Source: an uncultured Haliea sp.
GTDB lineage: Bacteria > Pseudomonadota > Gammaproteobacteria > Pseudomonadales > Halieaceae
Length of the DNA stretch: 64,000 nt
Direction of reading: 5' to 3'
Assembly: GCA_963977275.1 (NCBI GenBank)
Contig: CAXBNX010000010.1
Coordinates: 58,962 to 122,961, forward strand
Part shown: piece by piece, positions 37,083 through 46,111 of the stretch
Position numbering within the stretch: the first letter of the stretch is position 1
How the letters are laid out: every line of letters begins with the position of its first letter
The notes under the pieces: model-generated
Databases searched by the model: none
Seen by the model: the letters and a program-made list of their open reading frames with translations, nothing else
Told to the model about the DNA's origin: nothing
Position numbers and translations under genes: made by a program

Positions 37083-37098
37083 TAAACCAACTGGTTTA
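37083..37098. promoter_or_regulatory. Inverted repeat TAAACCA-AC-TGGTTTA in a 514-nt intergenic region
   Basis: Perfect 7-bp arms. It resembles an operator, but no binding protein can be assigned. Confidence 0.3.
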
Positions 37099-37329
37099 AA
37101 TAGCTGTATGCTCGACAAAGAGCATGGTCGCGTGTCTGTATTGACTTTATACGCTGAAGTCACCGTACCAGGTCCTGGAGATCGTTCCCGGGGCCCCAGG
37201 AGCGCGATGCCACACTGCCAAAACCTGTAGCCTCCCCCAATCGATGACGTTTTAGAAAACTCGGGTGAGTAAAAGCGGCCTGATCGCAGTTACGCAATGC
37301 AGTCGAAGAAATGTCCCGTCGGCTTTGCC

Positions 37330-37941
37330 CTAATGCATTTCAATAGCGGTCTTGAAATGCGGGCGCGCCGCAATCCTGGCCACATAGGCCTTCAGGTTTG
37401 CCATTTCCTCACTAACACAACCCAGTTGATCGCTCATAAAACAGGCGTGCCCAAGCATAACGTCAGCAGCAGAAAAATTGCCTGTTAAGTAATCTTTACC
37501 TGAAAGTGCCGCATCTACCGGTGCCAGGGTCTTGGCCAATAAACGCTTGGCCTGCGCCAATGCCTTGTCATCGCGGCGTTCCGGCGGCAGGAGCACCGTA
37601 TTGACGACAATGATGTTAACCGATGGCATTACCATACCTTCGCAATAGTGGAACCACTGCAGGTAGTCGGGGAATTCCGGTGAGTCCACCGATGGTTTCA
37701 AGCCGCCATTTTTATGCCGCTCCAGAATGTATTCAATGATAGCGCCCGACTCAAATAGACTGACGTCGCCATCATCCAGCACCGGGACCCGCCCCAGAGG
37801 GTGGCGGGCGCGATGTTCATCGGATTTCAGCTCCTGCGGATGAAAAGCCATTTTATTGATGTTGTAGGGCAGCCCCAACTCTTCGAGTAACCAGACAATA
37901 CGTCCCGCCCTGGAATTGGGTGCAAAGTGCAGCGTTAACAT
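37330..37941 (-). CDS. Glutathione S-transferase
   Basis: Has the GST N-domain (...[23 protein letters not shown]). A strong AAGGAG RBS is present. Confidence 0.85.
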   Translation of the reverse strand: MLTLHFAPNSRAGRIVWLLEELGLPYNINKMAFHPQELKSDEHRARHPLGRVPVLDDGDVSLFESGAIIEYILERHKNGGLKPSVDSPEFPDYLQWFHYCEGMVMPSVNIIVVNTVLLPPERRDDKALAQAKRLLAKTLAPVDAALSGKDYLTGNFSAADVMLGHACFMSDQLGCVSEEMANLKAYVARIAARPHFKTAIEMH

Positions 37942-38098
37942 GAAATCTCCTTGTGAGTGGCTTGTGTAGCGTTACGTTGATTCGAGTTTACGAGTAATCA
38001 AAGTCGCGGTCGATACCTGTTTAATGCTGGCCGCTTATTGTTTTTCCTGCAGTCTTTCCCGGAGTGTTGTGGGGTATCGTGCCAGTGGTTCGGTGCTG

Positions 38099-38115
38099 TG
38101 GTATAAACTATACCA
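38099..38115. promoter_or_regulatory. Inverted repeat TGGTATA-AAC-TATACCA upstream of the MFS transporter gene
   Basis: Perfect 7-bp arms, 28 nt before the MFS start. It contains GGTATAAAC, the reverse complement of the GTTTATACC core of the TetR operator copies. Confidence 0.4.
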
Positions 38116-38142
38116 ATCACACCAGGCAATGGCAGAGCTGCG

Positions 38143-39441
38143 TTGAGTAAGAGCCCACAGGAAGTCATCGAATCCTCGCCGATGGGCGCCCTGCAGTATG
38201 TCGTTATCGCGCTCTGCGTGGTATTGATTGCTCTCGACGGATTTGACGTGTTGGCCATCAGTTTTGCGGCTCCTGGCATCACAGACGAGTGGGGTATTAA
38301 TCGCGCAACACTGGGTATTGTGCTGTCGATGGAACTGGCTGGTATGGCTTTGGGCTCGGTGTTGCTGGGGCGGCTCGCCGATCGAATTGGCCGGCGCCCC
38401 ACCATACTGTTTTGCATCGTCATCATGGCGGTGGGTATGTATCTGGCTGCACGGGCAGATAGTGTGATCTCTCTTTCGGTCATCCGCTTCATCACAGGTC
38501 TCGGCATCGGGGGGATGTTGGCGTCAGTTAACGCGATGGCGGCTGAGTTTGCGAACACCAGACGCCGGGCGGCCTGTGTTTCCCTGATGGCGGCGGGGTA
38601 CCCGTTGGGTGTCATCCTGGGCGGTGCCATTTCCTCCGTGCTGCTCGCAAAGTTCGACTGGCGCGCGGTGTTTGAATTTGGTGCATCCGTTACGATACTG
38701 GTGCTGCCGTTGGTCTGGTATTTCCTGCCGGAATCCGTCACGTGGTTGTCGCACCGGCAGCCGCCTGGCGCCCTGGTACGCGTAAACAAAACATTGAAAC
38801 GTATGGGGCTCAGTGCAGTTACTGCATTACCTGTATCGCGCGCTGCACCTCAACAACCCGGGTGGTTGGAGTTGTTCACACCCGCGCTTGCAAAGACTAC
38901 GGTGCTGCTCACTCTTGCCTACCTCGCGCACATCATGACCTTCTATTTCATCCTGAAATGGATACCTAAAATTGTGGTCGACATGGGATATACCGCCGCC
39001 TACGCCGGTAGCGTGCTGGTATGGGCGAATGTGGGCGGACTTGCGGGGGCTCTTCTTCTCAGCGCGTTGACCCAGCACTTTAATGTGCGCGCGTTGGTGA
39101 TCGTCGCGATGCTTGCTTCAACGGTGTTAGTCAATATCTTTGGCCTGGGGCAGGCGAGTCTAACGCAGCTCGCGCTGGTGGCTGCCTGCGCCGGTTTTTT
39201 CACCAACGGTGCGGTAGTCGGCCTGTACGCTATCTTTGCTCAGTCGTTTCCCACCAATGTACGCGCCGGGGGAACCGGTTTTGTGATTGGTGTTGGGCGG
39301 GGCGGGGCAGTGCTCGGCCCCATTATCGCGGGCGTCCTGTTCGAGGAAGGCCAGGGCCTGACCGCCGTGGCATTCGTGATGGCGCTGGGTTCACTGGTAG
39401 CGGCGGGCATGCTTGTACTGCTGAATCAACGCCAGGCGTAA
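38143..39441 (+). CDS. MFS transporter, aromatic acid:H+ symporter (PcaK/BenK-like) family
   Basis: 12-TM profile with the MFS loop motif GRLADRIGRRP and the N-terminus ...LCVVLIALDGFD. The TTG start at 38143 is tentative. Confidence 0.8.
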   Translation: MSKSPQEVIESSPMGALQYVVIALCVVLIALDGFDVLAISFAAPGITDEWGINRATLGIVLSMELAGMALGSVLLGRLADRIGRRPTILFCIVIMAVGMYLAARADSVISLSVIRFITGLGIGGMLASVNAMAAEFANTRRRAACVSLMAAGYPLGVILGGAISSVLLAKFDWRAVFEFGASVTILVLPLVWYFLPESVTWLSHRQPPGALVRVNKTLKRMGLSAVTALPVSRAAPQQPGWLELFTPALAKTTVLLTLAYLAHIMTFYFILKWIPKIVVDMGYTAAYAGSVLVWANVGGLAGALLLSALTQHFNVRALVIVAMLASTVLVNIFGLGQASLTQLALVAACAGFFTNGAVVGLYAIFAQSFPTNVRAGGTGFVIGVGRGGAVLGPIIAGVLFEEGQGLTAVAFVMALGSLVAAGMLVLLNQRQA

Positions 39442-39546
39442 CAATGCCCGTGAGCGCGCGTTCAGAGCCGCGCAGCCCAAAGAGCAGAAACTGGCTTGCT
39501 ACCCGACCGATGCCATGCTGCCCCTGAGATTACAGTAAGCAGCTTG

Positions 39547-40206
39547 TCACTCGTCCGGTTTTTCCGAGAGAATTTGTCCGGTGATTTCGGCCGTGCGGCG
39601 AATGTGTTGTTCATTGGCTGCACAAAGCGCCTTGGTATCCTTGGCCAGGGCTGCGTTAAAGATAGCGGTGTGCTCCTCGTGAACGTTGCGCCGGCTGGAG
39701 CGATCTATCCTGGCGATATTGCGGTAGCGCTTGTGCTGGTCATAGAGGATCTCGTGGAAGCGCATCAGCCAGACGGAGTCGCAACAGGAAACCAGTGCCA
39801 GGTGAAACTCCCGATTGCGGGTTTCCCATTCCTGGATATCCGGAGAGTCCTGGCTCTCTGCCTTGGTCAGGTGATGAAAGGCGGCGACAACCCGGGACTC
39901 CCACTCGTCGTTACTGTTCCCGGTACTTTCGGTCAATGCCATGCCTTCCAACACTACCCGTAAATTGGTGATGTCTTCCAGTTCCTCCAGTGACATATCC
40001 GCTACCCGGAAGCCGCGCTGGCCCTGTACCTGTACGAACCCGTCCGCGCTCAGCTGGTAAAGTGCCTCGCGCAATGGGGTGGCGCCTACTTCGTAGGTCT
40101 GCTTCAGGAATTCAATGCGTAATTTACTGCCCGGCGGGTATTTCCCGTGAATGATATCTTCCCGCAGGCGCCGGTAGGCCTGGTCTGTCAGCGTTTTTGA
40201 TTCCAT
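39547..40206 (-). CDS. GntR-family (FadR/FCD subfamily) transcriptional regulator
   Basis: Has an N-terminal winged HTH (YRRLREDIIHGKYPPGSKLRIEFLKQTYEVGATPLREALYQL) followed by an all-helical C-domain. Confidence 0.85.
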   Translation of the reverse strand: MESKTLTDQAYRRLREDIIHGKYPPGSKLRIEFLKQTYEVGATPLREALYQLSADGFVQVQGQRGFRVADMSLEELEDITNLRVVLEGMALTESTGNSNDEWESRVVAAFHHLTKAESQDSPDIQEWETRNREFHLALVSCCDSVWLMRFHEILYDQHKRYRNIARIDRSSRRNVHEEHTAIFNAALAKDTKALCAANEQHIRRTAEITGQILSEKPDE

Positions 40207-40272
40207 ATCGTCTACTCTGCTTGCGGTGCTCTGCCAAAAAGTTTGATTTTCAGCTTGCGGCTAAGCATAGCG

Positions 40273-40288
40273 CTAAAAATATCGATAA
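40273..40288. promoter_or_regulatory. CTAAAAATATCGATAA box upstream of the GntR gene
   Basis: This 16-mer is identical to 46253-46268. It contains the palindromic core TATCGATA and lies 67 nt upstream of the GntR start. Confidence 0.5.
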
Positions 40289-40491
40289 TCTATCAAGGTT
40301 TAGCCTAAACCCAAATTAGCGTATATATATATTTTTTATAAGGTTATTACCAGGCGGCGCTTCAGGTTACCCATCCGCCCGCGAAGGGTAGGCTTTGGCC
40401 CGCGAAAAAATTCACATCGCTGGATGCCGGGAAGGTGGCGAACAGTGCGTCCTCCTCTGACTGTACGTCAGATGTACCTCCTCAGGTCGGT

Positions 40492-41412
40492 TTAGACGGG
40501 GTCAGGTATGATCTCGCTTCGTAGTGCCCGCACCGTTTCCAGAAACGTCTGGAGAAGTGGGGACGCATCATCAGATCGGTAGATGATATCCAGGTCGAAT
40601 TCTCCATTGGCGTTGTGTTCCAGGGGTATATAGCCAACGTTCGGGAGCCTGAGGTTGCTAGCGGACTGGGTCACGAGGCTGAGCCCCATGCCGCTGGAGA
40701 CCAGTGCAATTGCGGTTGTCACATCGTCTACCTCGTGGGCGATATTCGGCGTGATGCCACATTCATGAAACATTTTTTGCACATAATCTATAAAGCTGGG
40801 GCGCACTTTTCTGGGATAGAGGATCAGTGGCTCATGGCCTATCTCCGACGGGGTAATGCTGGACTTACCGGCGAACGGGTGATCGAGGTAGACCGCCAGG
40901 TTCATTCTTTCGCTGTGAACCTTCTCCCATGAGAGTCCGGGCTCGTCGCCAAAAAAGCGATTCAATCCTGCGGTCAGTCGCCGCTCTCTCAAAGCTTTGA
41001 TCTGGCCGGGTCTGTCCAGGTTGTGCAGGATTATTTCGACTTTCGGGTGAGTGGCGCGAAATTCGCGAATGATGGTGGGCACGGCGCCGTAAATTGCCGA
41101 GCCGAATATCCCGACGTCCAGTCGGCCCAGCTGGCCTTCCCCGGCCTGTTTGGTTCGCAGCGCAGCCTGGTCGACCAGAGCCAGGATATTGTTTGCTTCC
41201 TCATACAGCACTTCGCCTGGGGCGGTGAGCTCGATGCCGCGAGACTTCCGTTCGAATAGTTTAACTTCCAGTACACCTTCCAGTTGCTGGATCTGCCTGG
41301 TAAGAGGCGGTTGCGATACGTGTAGCTGTAATGCCGCCCCTCTAAAGGTGCCCGCATCAGCTACAGCGATGAAGTAACGGAGGTGTCTCAGTTCAATAGC
41401 GGTTAGCTGCAC
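40492..41412 (-). CDS. LysR-family transcriptional regulator
   Basis: Has the N-terminal HTH LRHLRYFIAVADAGTFRGAALQLHVSQPPLTRQIQQLE. It uses a GTG start and is divergent from the meta-cleavage genes. Confidence 0.9.
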   Translation of the reverse strand: MQLTAIELRHLRYFIAVADAGTFRGAALQLHVSQPPLTRQIQQLEGVLEVKLFERKSRGIELTAPGEVLYEEANNILALVDQAALRTKQAGEGQLGRLDVGIFGSAIYGAVPTIIREFRATHPKVEIILHNLDRPGQIKALRERRLTAGLNRFFGDEPGLSWEKVHSERMNLAVYLDHPFAGKSSITPSEIGHEPLILYPRKVRPSFIDYVQKMFHECGITPNIAHEVDDVTTAIALVSSGMGLSLVTQSASNLRLPNVGYIPLEHNANGEFDLDIIYRSDDASPLLQTFLETVRALRSEIIPDPV

Positions 41413-41502
41413 TTCGGAAAGTCCCTGGTAGGATCTTGTTCAATAAGCTGGGGGTCGACTCGCATGGGTTCGATATCCTTGCATATAACCAAGGTCAACA
41501 AC

Positions 41503-41571
41503 TGATACCTTAAGTGTATCAGGACTCCCGCTGAAAGGTATTGGACTGAACTGTTCGTCCCGCAGTACAAA
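41503..41571 (+). promoter_or_regulatory. LysR-type box plus -35/-10 promoter module (copy 1)
   Basis: TGATAC-N7-GTATCAG-N11-AAAGGTATTGGAC-N17-AGTACAAA. The core ATAC-N7-GTAT is the classic LTTR T-N11-A site, and TTGGAC is a -35-like element. The same boxes at the same spacings recur at 46112-46180. Confidence 0.6.
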
Positions 41572-41692
41572 GATACTCTGGAGACTCAGGGTGTTGCGGC
41601 TTGCTCCCCGAGTTTGTAATGAATTTCTCCACAGGACTGCACCATATTCGTATCAAATTATACGAGTTGTTAATTCATAGGGGACAATATCT

Positions 41693-41914
41693 ATGCCGAT
41701 CATCCAGATGAATATGATGGAAAATCGTACCGCTGCGCAAAAGCAGGAGCTGGCGCGCAGAGTATGTGAAGCTGTTTGCCAGGTACTCGATGCGAAACCG
41801 GAATCGGTCCGCATCATGATTCATGAGCTTGGCCCCCACGATTTCTCTGTTGGTGGTGTGACTATGGCAGAACGCAAAAGTGGCAAAGAGGACGGGGTTC
41901 CTGGCAATGACTAA
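41693..41914 (+). CDS. dmpI: 4-oxalocrotonate tautomerase
   Basis: Starts MPIIQ. By my count Pro1, Arg11, Arg39 and Phe50 are all present. Confidence 0.85.
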   Translation: MPIIQMNMMENRTAAQKQELARRVCEAVCQVLDAKPESVRIMIHELGPHDFSVGGVTMAERKSGKEDGVPGND

Positions 41915-42832
41915 AATCCCCTGTGCCCTTATAGGCTCCGGCAATATTGGTACCGATTTACTGTTCAAGCTGCAGCGAAGTGACATTCTTGACCCCGTCT
42001 GGATGGTGGGTATTGACCCAAAGTCAGAGGGCCTCGCGATTGCCCGCAAAATGGGTTTGAAAACTACCCACGAGGGAATCGATGCGGTGCTGCCGCAGCT
42101 GGGTGAGGATGGCGTCCAGATAGCCTTCGACGCGACCTCTGCGTATGCCCACGCCGAGAATTCCAGAAAAGTAAACGAGCAGGGGGTGTATATGATCGAC
42201 CTGACTCCCGCCGCAATCGGTCCGCTGTGTGTGCCCCCGTCAATCTTCGAGCTCTCGGGCAGACAATGAACGTCAACATGATCTCCTGTGCGGGGCAGGC
42301 CACTATTCCGATAGTGCATGCGGTGAGTCGCATCCAGGCGGTGGATTACGCCGAAATAATCGCCAGCCTCGCTTCGCTCTCCATTGGCCCCGGCACCCGC
42401 GCTAATCTCGACGAATTCACCTATACGACTTCCAACGCCATTTGCGAGGTGGGAGGTGCCCGCCGTGGCAAGGCACTGGCGGTGATCAACCCTGCGGCCC
42501 CGCCGATGATCATGCGCAATATTATTTATTGCCTGACCGATCAGCTGCCCGACCAGAGCAGCATTACGGAATCTGTCATGTCCATGATCGCAGAGGTTCA
42601 GCGTTACGTACCGGGGTACAAACTGGTCAATGGTCCGGTATTCGAGGGTAACAAGGTGGCGGTGTTCATGGAGGTAGCAGGCCGGGGTGACTATTTGCCG
42701 AGCTACGCAGGCAATCTCGATATTATGACAGCCGCGGCATGTCGCACAGCGGAAATGATTGCTGAAGGCTCACTCATGCGCAGGGCGGAAAGTACTGTCT
42801 TTCGATCAGTTTCGTCGGGAGAGGCCCGATGA
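41907..42832 (+). pseudogene. dmpF: Acetaldehyde dehydrogenase (acylating), disrupted by a frameshift at a C5 run
   Basis: The N-part ([18 protein letters not shown]...[10 protein letters not shown]) and the C-part ([24 protein letters not shown]...[10 protein letters not shown]) lie in different frames. They join at CCCCC 42234-42238. Confidence 0.8.
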
Positions 42833-43602
42833 GCGAGCAAAGCTTAAAGGGTCGAAAAGTACTATTGCACGACATGTGTTTACGCGATGGCATGCATGCT
42901 AAACGCGAACAGATTTCCACTGAGGAAATGGTCAATGTTGCCCGCGAACTCGGGATGGATACCTCCGGCTTTCTCATGATGGCGCATCTGAATACTGCCG
43001 AGGGCCTGCTGGCCGAAGCAAGGAAGATGGAGTCCTACGGCGCGAACACGGTTTATGTCACTGATTCAGCTGGTTACATGTTGCCTGGCGATGTGAAGAG
43101 CGTGGTTGCCCTCCTGCGTGAGAATCTCCTAGAGAAAACAGAGCTTGGCTTTCACGGTCACAATAACATGGGTATGGCGATAGCGAATTCGATAGCGGCA
43201 ATTGAAGCGGGAGCATCCCGGATCGATGCTTCTGTCGGCGGCCTCGGTGCCGGCGCCGGTAACACCCCTTCCGAGGTGTTTGTCGCAGTGTGCGATCGCA
43301 TGGGTATCGAAACCGGTTGCGACCTGTTCAAACTGATGGATATGGCCGAGGACATCATCTTGCCGATGATGGAGCATGTCGTGCGGGTAGACCGCTCATC
43401 TCTCACCATGGGCTATGCTGGTGTGTACTCAACTTTCTTGTTACACGCCAACCGCATCGGCAGCAAGTATGGCATTGCTACCCGGGACATCCTGGTCGAA
43501 CTGGGGCAACGGAAAATGATTGGTGGCCAGGAGGATATGATAGAGGATACGGCACTGACAATGGCAAAAGCACGAGGCATTAATGTCGCGGTTGCCGACT
43601 AG
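42829..43602 (+). CDS. dmpG: 4-hydroxy-2-oxovalerate aldolase homologue with a large internal in-frame deletion (probably non-functional)
   Basis: LRDGMHA, the HGHNN metal site and the C-terminal communication domain are present. The protein is 257 aa, against about 340-345 aa for the family. AREL is joined directly to [10 protein letters not shown]. Confidence 0.75.
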   Translation: MSEQSLKGRKVLLHDMCLRDGMHAKREQISTEEMVNVARELGMDTSGFLMMAHLNTAEGLLAEARKMESYGANTVYVTDSAGYMLPGDVKSVVALLRENLLEKTELGFHGHNNMGMAIANSIAAIEAGASRIDASVGGLGAGAGNTPSEVFVAVCDRMGIETGCDLFKLMDMAEDIILPMMEHVVRVDRSSLTMGYAGVYSTFLLHANRIGSKYGIATRDILVELGQRKMIGGQEDMIEDTALTMAKARGINVAVAD

Positions 43603-43692
43603 CTGGCATGCGGTGTCCGTGAATATGCGGCCGTCTGGTAGGGTGTAGTAGTCAACACGATTTGATTTTATAACCATAAAAGGGAGTGTGTC

Positions 43693-44619
43693 ATGTCTAT
43701 GAAAGGTGTACTGCGACTGGGTGAGGTGCAGATTCGGGTTACCGATCTGAACGAGGCGAAAGTCCACTACGGCGACCGGATGGGGCTGCGCGAAATGTTG
43801 GTGGATGACCAGGGTCTGGTGTACTACAAAGCCTGGGATGAAAAAGATCACCACAGTGTTGTCCTGAGGGAATCTGACTCAGCTGGCCTGGACCATTTTG
43901 CCTTCAGGGTCTACAGCGAAGAGACGCTGGATGAGCTTATGGCCACACTTGTCGAATGTGGTATCGATGTCGATCAGGTACCTGCTGGTGTGTACCCGAA
44001 ATCCGGTCGTCGGTTGAAGTTTAAACTGCCTACCGGGCATGAGATGCACCTGTATGCGGAAAAGGAATATGTTGGGAATACCCTGGGCACCACCAACCCT
44101 GGCGTTCTTCCCGATGAGGGGGTCGTGCGGGGGTTCCGCATCAACGGGTTGGATCACTGCCTGATTGCCGGCCCGAATATCGAGCAAAATACCAGCTTGT
44201 TCACCGAAGTCTTTGGGTTCGGCTTGTCCGAACAATTGTTGGATGAGGACGAGCAGCCACTGCTGATGTTTCTCAGTTGTTCCAGCAGAGCCCACGACAT
44301 AGCCTTCGCGAAGGGTCCGGAACCGGGGCTGCTCCACCATGTGTCTTTCAGGCTGGATTCCATACAGGATCATGTGCATGCAACAGACCTGATCGGAAAA
44401 TACGAGATACCCGTGGAGATGATTGACCGCCATGGTATTACTCGCGTTAAAACGGTGTATTTTTTTGATCCTTCGGGTAATCGCAATGAAGTATTTTGCG
44501 AAGGTTACACCTGGTATCCGGATCACCCCACTTTAACCTGGACGGTGGACAAACTTTCCGAAGCGGCGTTTTCGCAATCGCTGCACGTGCCGGAAAGCTT
44601 CCTTGGGGTATACACCTGA
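43693..44619 (+). CDS. dmpB: Catechol 2,3-dioxygenase (extradiol, divergent paralogue)
   Basis: 308 aa. The ligand contexts LDHCLI, HHVSF and NEVF, plus AHDIAF and YFFDPSGN, are conserved. AGGGAG RBS is present. Confidence 0.9.
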   Translation: MSMKGVLRLGEVQIRVTDLNEAKVHYGDRMGLREMLVDDQGLVYYKAWDEKDHHSVVLRESDSAGLDHFAFRVYSEETLDELMATLVECGIDVDQVPAGVYPKSGRRLKFKLPTGHEMHLYAEKEYVGNTLGTTNPGVLPDEGVVRGFRINGLDHCLIAGPNIEQNTSLFTEVFGFGLSEQLLDEDEQPLLMFLSCSSRAHDIAFAKGPEPGLLHHVSFRLDSIQDHVHATDLIGKYEIPVEMIDRHGITRVKTVYFFDPSGNRNEVFCEGYTWYPDHPTLTWTVDKLSEAAFSQSLHVPESFLGVYT

Positions 44620-44642
44620 GCAGCGGCATAAACGGAGAGATT

Positions 44643-45413
44643 ATGGAAAATAAACTGGCAGTAGTCGTTGTTGGCGCCACCGGTGAAATGGGCCGGGTGA
44701 TTACCTCGCGCCTTGCGCAGAAGGGTTACCGGGTGATCGCGGTGGCGCGATCTGAGGCGGCATTGAATGATCTGTGCGACACGGTCAGGGCTGAAGTCGA
44801 GGACGCCGATATCACCACTTGTGGCGCAGATATCAGCTCTGACAGCGCGATAGAGGCAATTTCCGCCCATATGGAGCTTGAAGTAGCCGCCGTAGTTCAC
44901 GGCCCGGGGGTGACGACAGCGGGTGGTATTCTGGCGGCGCCGACTGAAGCGATTACCAGCGCGGTGAATATCAAGGTCGGCGGCTTTGTACGGGTGGTCC
45001 GGGCGGTGAACCCCTGGCTGCGTCGAGGGTCCAGGTTGATTGCAATAGGTGGGCACTATGGTTTTGAGCCTACCGCTTACGCCGCCACCGCCGGTGTAGC
45101 CAACGCGGCGCTGGCTAATGTGGTGCGGCAATATTCCTGGGCCTATGGCGATCAGGGCGTCACGGCCCATCTTATCGCGCCGGGGCCGGCTGATACCGCC
45201 AGGCTGCGCCGCGTCGCGGAATCCCGCGCCCAGAGTGAAGGCAGCAGCGTCGATCAGGTGCTGGATACCATGCGCGGGGAATCTGCCATCGGCGCATTTA
45301 CCGACGTGGGCGATGTCGCCTGGGCAGTTGAAATGTTGCTGGCGCCGCAGGCAGACTCGCTTGCTGGCAGCACTTTGTTCATGGATGCCGGTCGGCGCAG
45401 GGGGCTGCCGTGA
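44643..45413 (+). CDS. Atypical SDR-like protein (catalytic Ser and Lys not evident)
   Basis: Has the Rossmann motif VVVGATGEMG. IGG occupies the usual Ser position, and YAATA stands in place of YxxxK. Confidence 0.65.
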   Translation: MENKLAVVVVGATGEMGRVITSRLAQKGYRVIAVARSEAALNDLCDTVRAEVEDADITTCGADISSDSAIEAISAHMELEVAAVVHGPGVTTAGGILAAPTEAITSAVNIKVGGFVRVVRAVNPWLRRGSRLIAIGGHYGFEPTAYAATAGVANAALANVVRQYSWAYGDQGVTAHLIAPGPADTARLRRVAESRAQSEGSSVDQVLDTMRGESAIGAFTDVGDVAWAVEMLLAPQADSLAGSTLFMDAGRRRGLP

Positions 45414-45446
45414 TGCACCAACCACACTATACCGGGAGGTCACAGC

Positions 45447-45875
45447 ATGCCAATTCTTACAATTAACCTGCAGCGCGACGCCTATGATCAGGCCCAGCTT
45501 GACCGGCTGCTTATAGGTGCCAGCGCGCTCTATGCGAGCGCACTGGATAGCCCGGTGGAACGGGTGCGGGTATTACTCAATCTTTTTGACGCAGGTGCAA
45601 TGGCGGTGGGTGGCAAGTTAGTTTCGCAGGGGGGGCCGCAGGCACCGTTTTTCGAAGCCATTTTGCTTCGGGGCCGACCGGCGGAGCAGAAAGAGCGTCT
45701 CATGCAGGGGGTTACGGATTTGATCGAAGACGTATTGCGGGTGGAGCGCAAGCATATCCGCGGGGTGTGTTGGTCTGTTCCACCTGAAGATTGGTGCATC
45801 GCAGGTACACCGGCCAGCGTCAAGCGCTCTCAAGAGATTGAGGCCCGGCAGAAAATAGCAGCGGACTCGGGCTGA
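45447..45875 (+). CDS. Tautomerase-superfamily protein, fused two-repeat type (142 aa)
   Basis: Starts MPILTINL (Pro1). It is about twice the length of 4-OT, with a second beta-alpha-beta-like half (FFEAILLRGRPAEQKERLMQGVTDLIEDVL). GGGAGG RBS is present. Confidence 0.6.
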   Translation: MPILTINLQRDAYDQAQLDRLLIGASALYASALDSPVERVRVLLNLFDAGAMAVGGKLVSQGGPQAPFFEAILLRGRPAEQKERLMQGVTDLIEDVLRVERKHIRGVCWSVPPEDWCIAGTPASVKRSQEIEARQKIAADSG

Positions 45876-46111
45876 CCCGTCGAGTGCAGCGCGAATACAG
45901 CCTATGATTGAACGAACAGCCGTGGGCTCCCACCCGGGGAATTTCCCCGGGAAACAGGAACGGGTGTCCCGCCTTCAAGGTTCCTGACGTACAGGAACTG
46001 CACTAACTCGAAGCCGACGGATTGGCCTGCGAAATCGTAGGCCATCATTCTGTGGGCGCCTCGCTCCGGTCGGAGATGACAAAACTGATAACGCGTAAAG
46101 CCGGGGGAGGT

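Noticed and set aside
37998-38789. Long antisense ORFs in the six-frame track: 37998-38789, 44523-45443, 48830-49687, 53215-54033, 41675-42319, 43879-44526, 10101-10766, 24967-25509 and 33974-34525.
   Set aside because: Each lies opposite a CDS with clear family motifs. Their translations are Arg/Pro/Ser/Gly-rich with no recognisable motifs, start context or RBS. This is typical of shadow ORFs in fairly GC-rich DNA.
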